64,000 nt of DNA from Octopus vulgaris (Eukaryota). The stretch lies in NCBI GenBank assembly GCA_951406725.2, contig OX597815.1, positions 42,904,001 to 42,968,000 of the forward strand, written 5' to 3'. Shown piece after piece: positions 41,016 through 54,800 of the stretch. Every line of letters begins with the position of its first letter. Position 1 is the first letter of the stretch. Under the pieces are notes generated by a model that was not told where the DNA came from, searched no databases, and saw only the letters and a list, made by a program, of their open reading frames with translations. A program made the position numbers and the translations under genes.

Positions 41016-42033
41016 CGAAATTTTGTAAAGCGGAAGATGACTAGCTTTGGGCTCACGGCCGATCGGTGCTCTGAAAATTTAGGATTTGAAGTGCATTTGA
41101 ACCTTAAATCCTTAAATTCTTAATTTTACTTGACAAAACGTGTAAATAGATCCATAGTTTTTTTTCCTTTTCTTTTGTTGGTGTTATATTTATAGATTGT
41201 AAAGTGGGAATATTGTTTTAGTTTCTGTTTTGGGGCTCAAATTTATTTCACTTTTATTTATGTTTATTATATTTAATGTTTTAAGCGTGTATGTGTATGT
41301 GTGTGTGCATGTGTGTGTCTATATATATATATATGTGTATGTATGTATGTATGAATATAGATATAAATACATGTCTATGTACATACATACCCACACACGT
41401 GCGTATGCGCGCTCGTGTCTGTAAGATCCATGAGAACTTTAGCAAAACGGAAGGATACTGACTTTAAGCCTTCGCCAGAGGGACGGGCTTTTCAGAATTG
41501 CAGATGTAAGGTGCACGTGAATCTTAAATAGTCATTTTTACCTTTTCAATCGATGAAAATTATATTACATAAAATTTAAAGCTGGAGTGTAATTTTTGTC
41601 CTTCATAGAAAAATAGTCGTGATAAAATATGAACAAAGCAGACAGTTTTTGTGTATGCCTATCATACATGCATGCTAGCTGATTATGGTCGCTGATAATT
41701 TTCCTGTTATGTTTTATTCTCTGTGCACCAGAATGACCAGATCGCACTATTCTTTATACAAGACAATTATAAAACTAATTAGTTAATGTAATTAGCCTTT
41801 GCTGACTTTTTTTATGCGCAAAATTTTCACTAATACTATCAAATTTTATTTCTCTGGCAATGCATGAATTAGTACCCAACTCTTACTAAATCAGCAAAGT
41901 CATTCTGAAGCGTGGTAGGATTTTTAAAGTTACTCCTACACTTGGGTTTGCTAAAAGATCGTTCTCCTTATGCTTCTTTAGTATATCTGCACATCTTTAA
42001 ATTGATTAATATTTCATTATTCGCTCGCTTTCT

Positions 42034-42845
42034 AAGTCGGCGAGCTGGCAGAACCGTTAGCACACCGGGCGAAATGCTTAGCGGCATTTCGTCTGCCGTT
42101 ACGTTCTGAGTTCAAATTCCGCCGAGGTAGGCTTTGCCTTTCATCCTTTCGGGGTCAATAAATTAAGTACCAGTTACGCACTGGTGTCGATGTAATCGAC
42201 TTAATACCTTTGTCTGTCCTTGTTTGTCCCCTGTATGTTTAGCCCCTTGTGGGCAATAAAGAAATAAGAAACGTTAGCATGCCGGGCGAAATGCTAAGCG
42301 GTATTTCGTCTGCCGCTACTTTCTGAGTTCAAATTCCGCCGAGGTAGACTTTGCCTTTCATCCTTTCGGGGTCGATTAAATAAGTACCAGTTACGCACTG
42401 GGGTCGATGCAATCGACTTAATCCGTTTGTCTGTCCTTGTTTGTCCCCTCTGTGTTTAGCCCTTTGTGGGCAGTAAAGAAATAAGTATTTCGTTAAAAGC
42501 GGCGAGCTGGCAGAAACGCTAGAACGCCGGGCGAAATGCTTAGCGATATTTCGTCTGCCGTTACGTTCTGAGTTCAAATCCCGCCGAGTTTGACTTTGCC
42601 TTTCATCGTTTCGGAGTCGATAAATTAAGTGCCAGTTACGCCTTGTTTGTCCCCTTATGGGTGGTAAAGAAATAGGTATTACGTCTGTCTATATGTTCTG
42701 AGTTCAAATTCTGCCGAGAGCGACTTTGCCTTTCATCCTTTCGGGGTTTGATAAATTAAGTACCAGTTGCGTACTGAAATCGATCTAATCGACTGGCGCC
42801 CTCCCCCAAAATTCCGGGCCTTGTGCCTAGAGTAGAAAAGATTAT
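42034..42845 (+). mobile_element. Tandem multimer of four SINE family B units
   Basis: Units start at ~42034, 42269, 42496 and 42677; each has ttctgagttcaaatt..gactttgcctttcatc. Confidence 0.9.
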
Positions 42846-43071
42846 TCATTCGCTTTCTATATAAGAGGTATAAATAACATAAGTAAGCGATAAATAACAG
42901 TGCCGACGAGGCGCTCATTAAGTCTTTCGATCATCTTCCCCTTAGCTTCATTTCTCTTCCTTGGAGATTTTTTTTTCATGATTTTTCTTTTGCTTTCACT
43001 GGAAGTTTGTACTTATTCATCCTTCCATCCACTCATCCATCCATCAATTCATCATCATCATCATCTCTCTC

Positions 43072-43108
<37 letters not shown>

Positions 43109-44899
43109 ATTCTTTACAAGACAATTCTGATGCCGTTCGGATCGGAGCCTTGGCGTCGTTTGCTTCTGAGACAGAAGATTGCAACGGACTGAGAGACTAG
43201 TAGGGTTACTGGGTTAGCAACCCCCGAAATTATGAACTTAAGAAGCTCAAGGAAATACAGCCTGGTGCTTTAGCTTTCTCTTTTGCTCCACTTTTCCATC
43301 ACTTCAGAACAAAAGTACTTCAGTGGTTTTTACTTGAAGAGCTGTAAAAATATAGGTATTTTTTTTAATATTCCATCAGCCTCATCTCATTTGTCTCGAC
43401 ACCCGCAACGAGAAACAGTTCCGTACTGCTCATGTATTCTTGAAGAGTCATAAAGATTAACAACCTATTTATGCAATCTCCATTATTTCATGGTGCTCTT
43501 CGTTACTTATACACTTATTTATTCATATTGACTTACAAAACCAGCAGAAAGTTGAATTCGAAACGTGGAGTAGACGAAACAGGGACAACTGAGGAAGGGG
43601 AATATTCCTTGTGTTGTATGTCTTGTACTCTATTTTTTCGTTGTTTGAAATATAGTTCGTTTCCATGTTTTTGTTTTTATGTTTTCGTTTCTCATTGTGT
43701 TCAACGTTTTCATGATGTCCTCTACCCATATATGCATGTATATATACATATAGATGTAGGTATGTACGTATATGTATGTATATATGTATATATTTATATA
43801 TTATTTAAATTATTCATTTACAATGCTCTGAATGTCATCTTTGAGTTACGCAGCTCCGTACGAGTTTAAGGACAAAATCTCTAAAAAGTCTTAATCTCTG
43901 GATTCGTGTCACGCGTCGCACTCAATCTCAAAGGTCAAGCAAATAGTGCGGTAAGTTTTGCCTTTCTTTATTGACAAAATAATTGTCCAAATAATTGCTA
44001 AAACTTTCCATATCAGGTGTCTCGAGCGCAAAGTGAATCTTTCTTTGTAAGGCAAAGATAGATCGGTTTTCTTGTTTCCCGCTCCTGACAAAAAATTCCG
44101 ATCAAGGAGACAATCTTCCCTTTAACAAAAAGTTATCAAAATTCTATTTCGAATTGTAATTTGTCAATATCCAAAGTTTCAATACTGGAGGCTTCCATTT
44201 GCGCATTTCTCGCACGAAAAGCTGTGTTGTATTTAAGTGAAAGCGTCAGCGTTTTTGTTGTTGTTGTTGTTGTTGTTGTTACTGTTGCTGCTGTTGTTGT
44301 TGTTGTTGTTGTTATTGTTGTTGTTGCAGTTATTGTCTCTACTGATCGTGTTTCCAATCCCACACAAGTCGCTATTTTTTTCCCCCGGAAAAAAAATCAA
44401 TATTTTCCATTCTTAAACCATATGTGTCTTGCTGCAAAGAAGACCCATTGTTGTTTTCCCAATACATGCTTTTCTTTTCTTTTTTTTATTTTTGGTAGGC
44501 GTTTCCTTATTGATGAATAAAGTCAAATCAAAAGAAACTACAAAATGACCAATAAAATTCTTTTCTTTTTACTTCAAAATATGGCGAAAATCAATTAAAC
44601 TTCACTTCCTTGGTAAAAAGTGGTATGCGACATGTAAAAAATTTATCCAGTTTTGCAGAAAAAGGTGTTGATATCCAACGACGTCAACTCTAACCACAAA
44701 GAGAACATGCACTAAAGTGTTCAATAAAATTTCTTCCTCAATTTTTCAAAATTAAGTATGTGTTAATTAAATAAATCTCACTAGTCTTGAAAATAGGATT
44801 ATGCGTGTAAAGCTATCAACTAATTTTTGCAAAAAACGTGGTAATAACCAGATGACGCAGATAAATCAGAAGGACATCTGTCTGAAATCTCAGGAAACC

Positions 44900-44961
<62 letters not shown>

Positions 44962-45029
44962 GTTACTATCCACAAACGCTCAAATTGCTTGATAATGGGA
45001 GGAGTGAGAAGCTTTTCAAAAGTAAACAG

Positions 45030-45445
45030 TAGGTGCAGGCGTGGCTGTGTGGTAAGAAGTAGTTAGCTTCTCAATCACATGGTTCCGAGTTCCATCCCAC
45101 TGCGTAGCACTTTGGGCAAGTGTCTTCTATTAAAGGCTTGGGTCGACCAAAAAGCCTTGTGGGTGGATTTGGTCGATGAAAACTGAAAGAAGTCCGTCGT
45201 AAATATAGATATGTGAGTGTGCGCATGTGTGCATGTGTTTGTATCTCTATTTGTGCCTCACTGCCGCTTGACGACCGGTGATGGCTTGTTTACATCCCCC
45301 TAAACTAGCGGTTCGCCAAAAGGGTTCAACTGAATAGGTACCAGGCTTAAAAATAAGTCCTCGAGTCGATTCGTTCGACTAAAGATTCTTCAAGGTGGTG
45401 CTCCAGCATGGCCGCAGTCTAATGACTGAAACAAGTAAAAGATAA
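45030..45445 (+). mobile_element. SINE family A (older subfamily)
   Basis: Head ggtgcaggcgtggctgtgtggtaag to tail gaaacaagtaaaagataaaag. Confidence 0.85.
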
Positions 45446-45804
45446 AAGGTAAAAGTAAACTGTACAAAAGAAAGCTGTACAAAAGTCAAGGTATATCTTA
45501 ATGAGGGGCTACATAAAAAGAAATTACAAAAATTACAAAACGTGTAACGGCAAAATCCAAACAAAAAAAAATTCCCTGACAGAGAACAGCTGTTTATGAT
45601 CTATCAAGGTAACCCTAGAATAACTGCCCCCTTCTAACCACAAGGTTTACTCTCTCATCTCTCATTTCTCGGCCTTCAAATACATGCTCATAGTTTACAT
45701 GTGCTATATTTGCAACTCTTATCTATCTTTCAGTAAATAAACTAGGAAGCAGCACTTTTTCCTCCATCTTCACTTTCCTTTTCAAGCGAAACTTCCAACG
45801 TTGC

Positions 45805-48772
45805 TTTTTACAAGGTTTCTTCTGGACTTCCATGGATAAGAAATGGGGCAGAGTAGGGCCGTGCGGAAGATATCCTAGAAATGTCGGACAGGGATACCCA
45901 ATGCATGACTAACCTATTTTCAGTTCTTTCAGTGTCTTCCACACACAATTCGCCGTAACCACCAGACAGAAAAATTACCTGCACTTCCAAGCCAAAAGAA
46001 GCAGGTGGAGTGATTTTACTGTATACTCAACAAACAGCTGAATCCTTCCTACTCGTCACAACAGCTGTTCGACGAAACTCTCCAAAACAGCAGTACTCGG
46101 GCACTGTGTAAAAACAATTTCGTTCCACAGGATTTGTCTCAGAGAGGGCCGGATGTTGACACTTCCGTACTTACAGATTCTGACTAGCATCAACAATGCC
46201 ACTGTACTTCTGGAAGTTATTTATTAATTCTGCGGCTAAAGTCCTTGGAACAGGCCTGTCGGATTGTGATTGATGCCAAGTTTCCCTAATAATGTTGTCG
46301 CTCTCCCCTCACCTCCAGTTCTTCATAGAACGGCAACGTGAAAGTTCTACCGGCTGCATTGCTCGACTGGATGAGAGTTGTAAGCGCACGACAATATCAG
46401 AGATACTAGGCATCCAGTCATGGACTTAATTGATCTGGAGCTGCAGATCCATTCAGAATACGAGCCGTGGAAATATGTGCCTGACAAAAGGTAACCACAC
46501 ACGCTGAATGTCAAAGAATCATTATGGGTACCGCAGTTTCAGCGCTTACGTATAAGGAGCTAGGCATACCGAGTCCTACTCTCATGCTGAGGGTATTGAG
46601 AGTAGACGGACAGTCTGACAGGTGGAAGGCATTCCTTCCACAAGAAGAGAAAGAGCAAATGTCATAACCTGATCAAATGTAAAGTAGAGGAAGGCATGTT
46701 AGTCATACATTCGGTATCCCTGTCTGACCTATCTTGCTCACGGCCCTACTCTACCCCATTTCTTATCCATGGATGTCCAGAGGAAACCTTGCAAAAAGTA
46801 ACCTCAAATGACCGTTTTTCAGTACCACAGGACACTGTCCGACGGCAAGGACTTGTTTCTGTAGGTGCGAATTGCAAGCCCACCGACTTACTCGATTATA
46901 TTTTTGCTTTTGTCAAAATTTCGTATTCCCATTGCTGCTTTCTTCATTTTCCATCTCTATTACGATGATGTCGTCTGCATTCGCAACCCATTTCTAGCGG
47001 GATGTCCCTCAAATGCCCCAGCTTCCGCAGTAATAACTAAAAAATCTAATACATACAGAAGAAATGAGAAGGAACCATTGCGGACTAAATGCGTGATCTG
47101 AAACGGTCTCTAGTAGGTGCTGCTGTAATACTGAAGCAATTGGAACTATGAAACCGAAACTGACTGCTTTGAAGACAATCACCAAATAAGAATGGTCGAT
47201 AATATCATAAGCTTTTGATTGGTCTAAGTCTTTCAGGGTTCTATCAAAGTCATGTTTATTACTTACACTGGTTAATTCGGAAATCCAGTTGGTACTTGTA
47301 AGACAGTTGGAAATATTTACATAGGTATGCCAAACGTTTACATTCCAACTCTTCTATCAGCTAGATGTACAATATCCCATACAATTCAGCGTGTAATGCT
47401 AGTTTCCCACAAGCACTAATGAGCAGCACGTTCTCAGTAAAACTTCTGCCTATCTGAAAAACTCTTGGTACTCTGCTCTTGTTAGAGCATTGACGGACAC
47501 GAGTCTGAAGGCTCCGCCTTTTCCTGTCACTCACGCCCAAGACTACTGGTACCGTTCGAATCTATTACGATTGTTCGTACTTCGAGATCAAAACCTTCGA
47601 AACACAGTCACACCGATTAATATCCATGCCCCTTAAGAGATACGTGTATCTCGCAGCCGTTGAAGATGAGTGTGAGTGCATGCTTCTTGGAAATCCTGGT
47701 CTCACTGATGTCTACTGTACCTATGTCTAGTGACCTGATGTAGTAAAACAAAATATTTTGCTTCGAGACCGATTCCAGGCCACGTACATGTTTATTATGC
47801 TGTGTTATGCATTCTACTCTAATGTTAGCTATGTTAGTCTGGAAAATAGAAAGGTGAGAGAGATCACATGCGAAAAGACAGAGAATTCGGTAATTCGACA
47901 TTTATGAAACTCTTTGTTTGGTTCTTCCAAAATTCCTTCTCCAGCTGTTATTTTGCTGGGTCCTGTGTCATTTAAGATCTTTTCATTTACCATCTAATAA
48001 ATAATTAAAAGCTTCTTCGCCAAACCTGTATTTGGTGGAGTTTTGAAAGTAATTCTCTCGAAAGCTTTATCCTCGTTTTTTGTGTGTGTTTTTGTTTTGG
48101 ATAATGTAAATCGCCACTTCTTTGTTAACCAGAACAAAATTGTGCGCTTGAAGGTTTATCTATTGTTGCGGTTTTGAGGATGTGGGTTGTTTTAGTTGTT
48201 TTTGGTTTCGTTGATATTGGTGATATGCCTGTGCAGAGCTGGTTTATGCGTGTTTCGTAATTCCGTTTATTTTCCTGCGTTGTTTTGTGTGTAGTTGCTT
48301 GATGGTTGTTCACATATACATACATACATACATACATACATACATACATACATACATACATACATACATACATACATACATACATACATGGTGGTGGCTG
48401 CCCCCTCGTTATCGAGTATGACCATTGCGCGAAGCTTAATCAATGTTGTTATCGTGCAATGCTTGTGCAAGAAGATTTTTTTTTAAGTGAGGAAAGGCTG
48501 TGCACTGAGTCAATCCCACTCACTAAGCAACAGCAGCCATAATCTGAAAAGAAGAACAAGTCAACATCCTCGGTAACCACTGAGCCGCAGGTTTTATGTC
48601 GGAGTTATCCCAGTTACCTGAGTTACCTTCTCCTAGAAGGATGCCCAACAAAGGCTACGAGTCCTTCACTCCCAATGGTTTAACCGCGCGATCGGGTATT
48701 CAGTCCGATTATTTCTATGTCCCCGCGCATGATACATCCTTAAGACATTTAAGACATACATACATACATACA

Positions 48773-48806
<34 letters not shown>

Positions 48807-50030
48807 CATACATACATACATACATACAAAGATATGTGTGTGTCTGTGTTTGTGTGTATTCCTTTTTTTGACTCTCATACTGACGGTTTCCATTATTTCG
48901 TTTTTCATCTTTTCCTTGTCATTTCTCGAGGAGCCATAGAAGGACGTGGAAAGAGGTTGATGGGTGTGTGACGGTTTGTGTCATTTTCTCACTTTTTGTA
49001 CTGCTCTCAAATTTAGGATATTCCTTTAAGAACTCCTGTTTTGAAGAGGGTGCTGCATTTTTATTTTAGCAGCTGTTATTGCTGCAGCTTTTCTTGTTGT
49101 TGCTGAGTTGTTGCTGCAGTTGATATTGTTATGGCTAAAGTGTTGGGTGCAAAGAGGTTTTCACATCTTTTGTCTGAAGGCAAAATGCTCTCTGGTGGTT
49201 AGTGCTGCCATAAATGTAGACCTCTTGCATTCTACCATAACGCTTATTGAATCCTCTTTTTCTTCTAGAATAGGTTGGGAATCCTCAGTCGTGATTATCA
49301 TCCGTACTTTTATTATTTTTAGTTTCTGTTGTGGGTAGATTTTGTGCTGATGATCACATGGTTCTCCATAATCACGGTAAAATATTTTATATTGATTTCA
49401 CGTTCCTTACACGCCTTTGCAGTTAGATCACCACTAATACAGAAGCTCGTATACTTGGTTGTCTTCGTAGACTTCTGTTTGTTGAAGCTTTCGTGTGCAT
49501 ATGATGTTCCACAGCCCCAACATGCAATTTTTTTTCCTATGATGTGGTCCCTTTACCGACCTTTATCTTTCGGGGGTTTACTGTTGTCAGAACACCAATA
49601 TCTTAAGATTTTTCGTTTAATATTTAATTTCCGTGTCTGTAGCAATTGGAACACGTTTGTTTCAGGTTGAAATTATCTGTGTCTTCCAAAGTGTGAAAGA
49701 CATGTTTGTGTCTAAGAGGATGTCAATGGTGACGATGGTGATAAAAGTTTAGTAATTAACAGTGGTGTTGTTTGTAGCAATGGTATAGTTGCTTTCGTTG
49801 TTCATAATAGCGATTTTGTCGATTGTTCCACATGCGATAATTTTGATATTGTTGTTGTTATAATTGTTAATAGTTCCTTTCTTCAGTGTTATTGTAATTG
49901 TAATTGTTAATATTTTTTCCATGTTCATTCTCATTATTGTTATTGTTGTTTTTGGTTACTTGGTGTGACATTGATCCTGTTTAACAGTCTTCCACAGTCT
50001 TGTCTACTGACGTTCCAGCTCTCCTCAGAA
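45805..50030 (-). pseudogene. L1/Tx1-like LINE 5' half (ORF1-like region plus AP endonuclease), decayed and rearranged
   Basis: ORF 47617-47901 HVRGLESVSKQ..IRSLDIGTVDISETR resembles the APE N-terminus (NVRGL..xxETx); CWGCG knuckle-like remnant near 49520; the outer boundary is uncertain. Confidence 0.55.
48390..48750 (-). mobile_element. Short RTE-related non-autonomous element with (TATG)n tail
   Basis: Contains ctaggagaaggtaactc (RTE 5'-UTR-like motif); diverged homologue at ~56530-56860 (+); both run into (TATG)n. Confidence 0.55.
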
Positions 50031-51827
50031 GTAAACATTAAATGACAAAAGTAATTTTCAGCAAATGGGGGACTTTGTGTGAATCCTCCATTTCTTTGTC
50101 ACCGGCTCATTATCAAATTGCGACTATGCTAAACAATTTGGACAAAAAAATGTTTTCGGAGAGAAAATTTATTAGGAGTTATTTTCCCTCAAAGAAGTTA
50201 TGAACAAAAGAACCACCAGCCCTCCTTGGTGTTGGCTGGCTTACCAACAAACTACACAGCAAAAATTAAAGGTAATACACATGTACATAGACAAGGTAGC
50301 AAACTCACAAACTGTTCTTGAATACACCCTTTTGTCGTTGAACTAGGTGATGTCTAGAGATTTACGAATGTTCTCAACTATATACAACTGTTTCTTAGTG
50401 GTTATATAGAAAATGGAACCCCAACATTGATGGAACACAATTTGTTTTATTAAAACTCTTCTCAGCATGTATGAAAACTTTTTTGATAAACGTACAGATT
50501 TGTGGTATATCAATCCTGTCTTGTGGCGGAAAAGGTAAACATTTGGAAGCAAAGACAATAAGAAAAGAGAAAAATATTTTGACATTTACTCTTAAATATT
50601 CGTAATGATGGAGTATTGAATAAACATCGCAAATTAACATTTTAAAAGGTGGTATCCTTCCAAAACAGCCAATCTGAATTCCCCATTTGCCCTTTGCAAA
50701 CTAAATTGTTTGCTCTAAGCTGTTTCCAACCGACCCTGTTACACAGAACTATCTTCTCAATCTGTGACGAGGAAATTTTGCAGATTTGTGGTTAGAGATT
50801 TACAACTGAATTAATTTTCACAAAAAATGTTTTTAAAAGAATATAGTGATATATTATCTCTGCAGTCATGTATTAACAGGGAAGAGCCTCGCCATCAATA
50901 AAAGCCTTATCATTATATTTTGAAATTTTCCCTCAGTGGCTTCATATGACAACATAAATGTCACTGTTTGGTACCACTTATATTAATTTCCTCAAGTAAG
51001 ATAGGATTTATTCGTGACAAAGTTTGTTGGAGAACATTTATATGTAGTGAAATTATGCTTCTATCAGTTGAAGCATGATTGTTAAAATACAGAGTTGTAG
51101 GTTATGTTGATTCCAAATTTTGGCACAAGTTCAGCAATTTGGGAAGGAAGTAAGTCAATTGCACCGACCCCAGTACTCAACTGGTACTTATCTGGGATCA
51201 ATGTAATCGATTTACTCCCAGCTTGGAAATTACTGGACTTGCGTCAAAATTTCAAACCAATATTGTCATTCATTCTGGCTCTTTACGTTCTGAGTTCAAA
51301 TACCACAAAGGTATACTTTGTCTTTCATCTTCTCAAGGTCGGAAATATAAAGTACCAGTCAAGTATTGGTGTCGATGTAATCGACTATCTGCTCCCCAAT
51401 CGCTGGCTTTATGGTAACATTTCAAGCAACATTATCGATTATTCATATTTTGTAATGTTTTAATAATCTCATTGAAATTTTAAAACAGTAATGAGTTGGA
51501 CAAAATAAAATGAGTAATTTGTGACAAAGTCATTAAAATATATAATGTGTTATTGTCTCGTCGTCTTGAGTTACTGGTCTCATATCTATCAAATAAAGAG
51601 TAAGAGTGTAACTTATTTCACATCGATACAGTTTCTTGGTTGGCATATATTACGACAAGCATGGCACGTGGTAGGAAGCTTACTTACCAACTCCATGATA
51701 CTGGGTTTAATCCCACTGTGTGGTAGCTTTGTCAAGTGTCTTCTACTATAGCTCCAGGCTGACTAAAACTTTGTGAGTGGATTTGATTAACGGAAACTAA
51801 AATAAGTCCCTCGTATGTATGTATATG

Positions 51828-54800
51828 TGTTATGGAGATAATAATAATAATAATAGAACAACCCTTCCACGTGACGAGTGGTATGTGTTAGTCGTAACAA
51901 ATACCGTAACGTCGAGCAGTCGGGTAGTCGGTCGATAGATAGTTGGGTTTTACTTGTCTAACTAACTATACTGCCATACAGGTGTGGACGTTATAACAGT
52001 CTGACGTTGGATTACAACAAAGGTGACGAGGAATTAACAAACTCACGAGGAGTTGCGAAACTTACAAAAGTTTTTGTGCGAATTTTACGGTATACAAAAT
52101 CGAAAAGTTATGGAAGAATTGTTGTCCTGTTTGCTCGAGTTGAAAAAAACAGCAACATCAACGACTGAAAAAACAACAACAACAACAACATTACTATCAC
52201 AGCAACAAATGCTACAATTAATGAATAGCAAGTCGTCCAGAACTGCGGAAAAGATGTCCTCACCAGATTATGTTGCAAACTCAATAACGGAATTTAAGTA
52301 TGAACCAGACGAAGGAGTTCACTTCGATGCGTACTACAGAAGATACGAACAGATCTTCAATTAAGAGCGCAAAGATTGGGACGACGATATAAAACGCGTC
52401 TAATCCTAAGTAAACTGGCAACAGGAGAACATGAGCGTTACAACAATTACGACCTCCCGAGAAAACCTTATGACATAAACTTTGGAAATACAATAGACGT
52501 ATTGTGTAAAATTTTTAGCGAGAAAAGCTAGTTGTTCAATACACGCTGGAAATGTTTGAACCTAGAAAATAACAACGAGGAGGACATCACATATGCTGGT
52601 AGAGTTAACAGAGAACGTGAAAAGTTCAAACTGGACGAGTTAACGCCAGACATGTTCAAGTGCCTGATATTTAGTCAGGGACTAACTGCAGAAAAAGACG
52701 CAGAAGTAAGAATAAGAACTCTCGCTAAGCTGGAACAAAACCAAGCTGTAACTTTACAACAAGTGTCAGAATAATAAATTTAAGGCACAACACAGAGAAA
52801 ATTGAACATAAAGATTGCTCACAAGCGAAACAAATATGAAACAGGCAGAATAGAAATCAAATGTGTACTAAAATACAGTAGAAACAGGACAAAAATTAGG
52901 AAACAATCACGTTTTGCACTTGAGACAAAGCTGCCCACTTAAGAAAGTACAATGTTTTCCATTGTGGAAAAATTGAATACATAAAAGCGCACTGTAAAAC
53001 CAAGATGACAAAAAGTTGGAATAAAGAAAAAAGAATAAACAAGATGTCGAAAGAAAATGGTAATGTGACAAAGAGAAAATTCGTAAGTGTGAAAACTGAT
53101 AATATAAGAGTAAAAATGCAGTTAGATATTGGAAGTGATATTACCTTGGAAATACGTCGGTAAGCCAAAATTAAGTAAATCTACAAAAGTAGCACGTGGT
53201 GTTACGGGTAAACGATTGTATTTTGTAGGTGAATTTGTGTATAATGTGACATTTCGTGACCAACTGAAAACGGCAAAAGTGTATCTGTTAAAAAATTCAG
53301 TTAATCTATTCGGCACAAAGTGGATAGAATTGTTCAAATTGTGGAATACACGCATGAGTGTTTGTGTGGGAATATATTCGGTTCAGTCGAAGGTTCGAAT
53401 GCGGCTGAGAGATTGAAACGAAAAAAGAAACCATTTATTTCCAGATGTTCTCGGATGAACTGGGCTGCTACACTAAAACGAAGGCAAAAATTGTAGTAAA
53501 ACAAATTGCAACACCTGTTTTTAGCCAACACGTAATGTATCGTTCGAGGCACTAGAACAGGTAAATAAGGAACTTGGGAGACTTGAAAATCTAAGAATAA
53601 TCGAGAAGTCGGACCACTCAGATTGGGCAGTACCTATAGTCTGCATAAAAAAGAAAAACAATAAGTTAATAGTTTGCGCAGGAGGTATTTGCAAAATCGA
53701 ATAGAGGGAAATTTTTCTCAAAATTACAAAATCTAAGTAGAAGAAGAATGCTCACACTTACTGGCCACTAATACACACCAACGCTTATTTAAATTTAAGT
53801 GGCTTCCCTTCAGTGTAAAAGTGGCCCCTTTCATACTTCAGCAAGTAATAAATACAATGCTGGCGGACAGTGAATTTGCTATCACCTATTTAGACGATAT
53901 CCTAATAAAAAGTGAATAACACGAACAACATGTAGAACACGTAAAAAGGATATTTGAAAAGATAAGAGAATACAGTTTTAAGTTAAGTGAAGAAAAAATG
54001 CGAGTTCTTTCTGAAAATAAGTAAATACTTAGGCCAGATAACAGATAAAGAAAGATGGAAACCGGATTCCTCCAGAGCAACTGCATTAAAAAAATATGCC
54101 CACGCCGAATAACGTGCCTAGTAAAGTATTACGAAATTAATATTCCCAATATACACAATGTAAGAAAAATGCTGAATGGTGCTGGACTGATAAGTGTCAG
54201 AAAGCATTTGACGAATTAAAAAACATTTTAATATCGAACTGATCGTTAACGCATTTTGAACCGAAGTTGGATGTTATATTGGCTATAAATGCGAGTAATT
54301 ACGGTGTAGGAGCGGTGTTTCTGCACAAATATGACGATGGGAGTAGGAAGGCCATAGCCCATGCGTTATGATCGTTATTACCAAATAGAAAAGGAAGCGT
54401 TAGCAATTGTATTTGGTGTAAAAAAAAATTCCATAGATTTATTCATGTAAGAAGTTTCTGCCAACAAACGGATCATCGCCCATTACTGTCTATATACAGT
54501 TTTAAAAAAAAAGGAATATCAACAAACACAGCGATGGGGGTACTACATTATTGAATTATGATTACAAAATGGAATATTTATCGTTAAAAAAAAAACTAGG
54601 GCATGCGGATGGTTTGTCCAGACTGATATCGAAACAATGCGAGCCATTCGAAGATACAGTAATCGCAGCATTAAAATAAGAAGGAGAAACAAAAAATATA
54701 ACGTGGAATGTGGTTCGCGAATTACCGGTAACCCTTGAAGACAGAAAACGAAATGCTGAAAAGGACAAATTCATAACAGAAATGAAAATAATACTGTGGA

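Noticed and set aside
42034-42845. CRISPR-like repeated units
   Set aside because: Units are ~200-bp SINE copies without unique spacers; eukaryotic context and no cas genes
43555-43615. Permuted hammerhead (cgaaacgt...ctgaggaagggg; related copy at ~20260-20300)
   Set aside because: Core-like words are present, but I could not build stems I and III consistently in both copies
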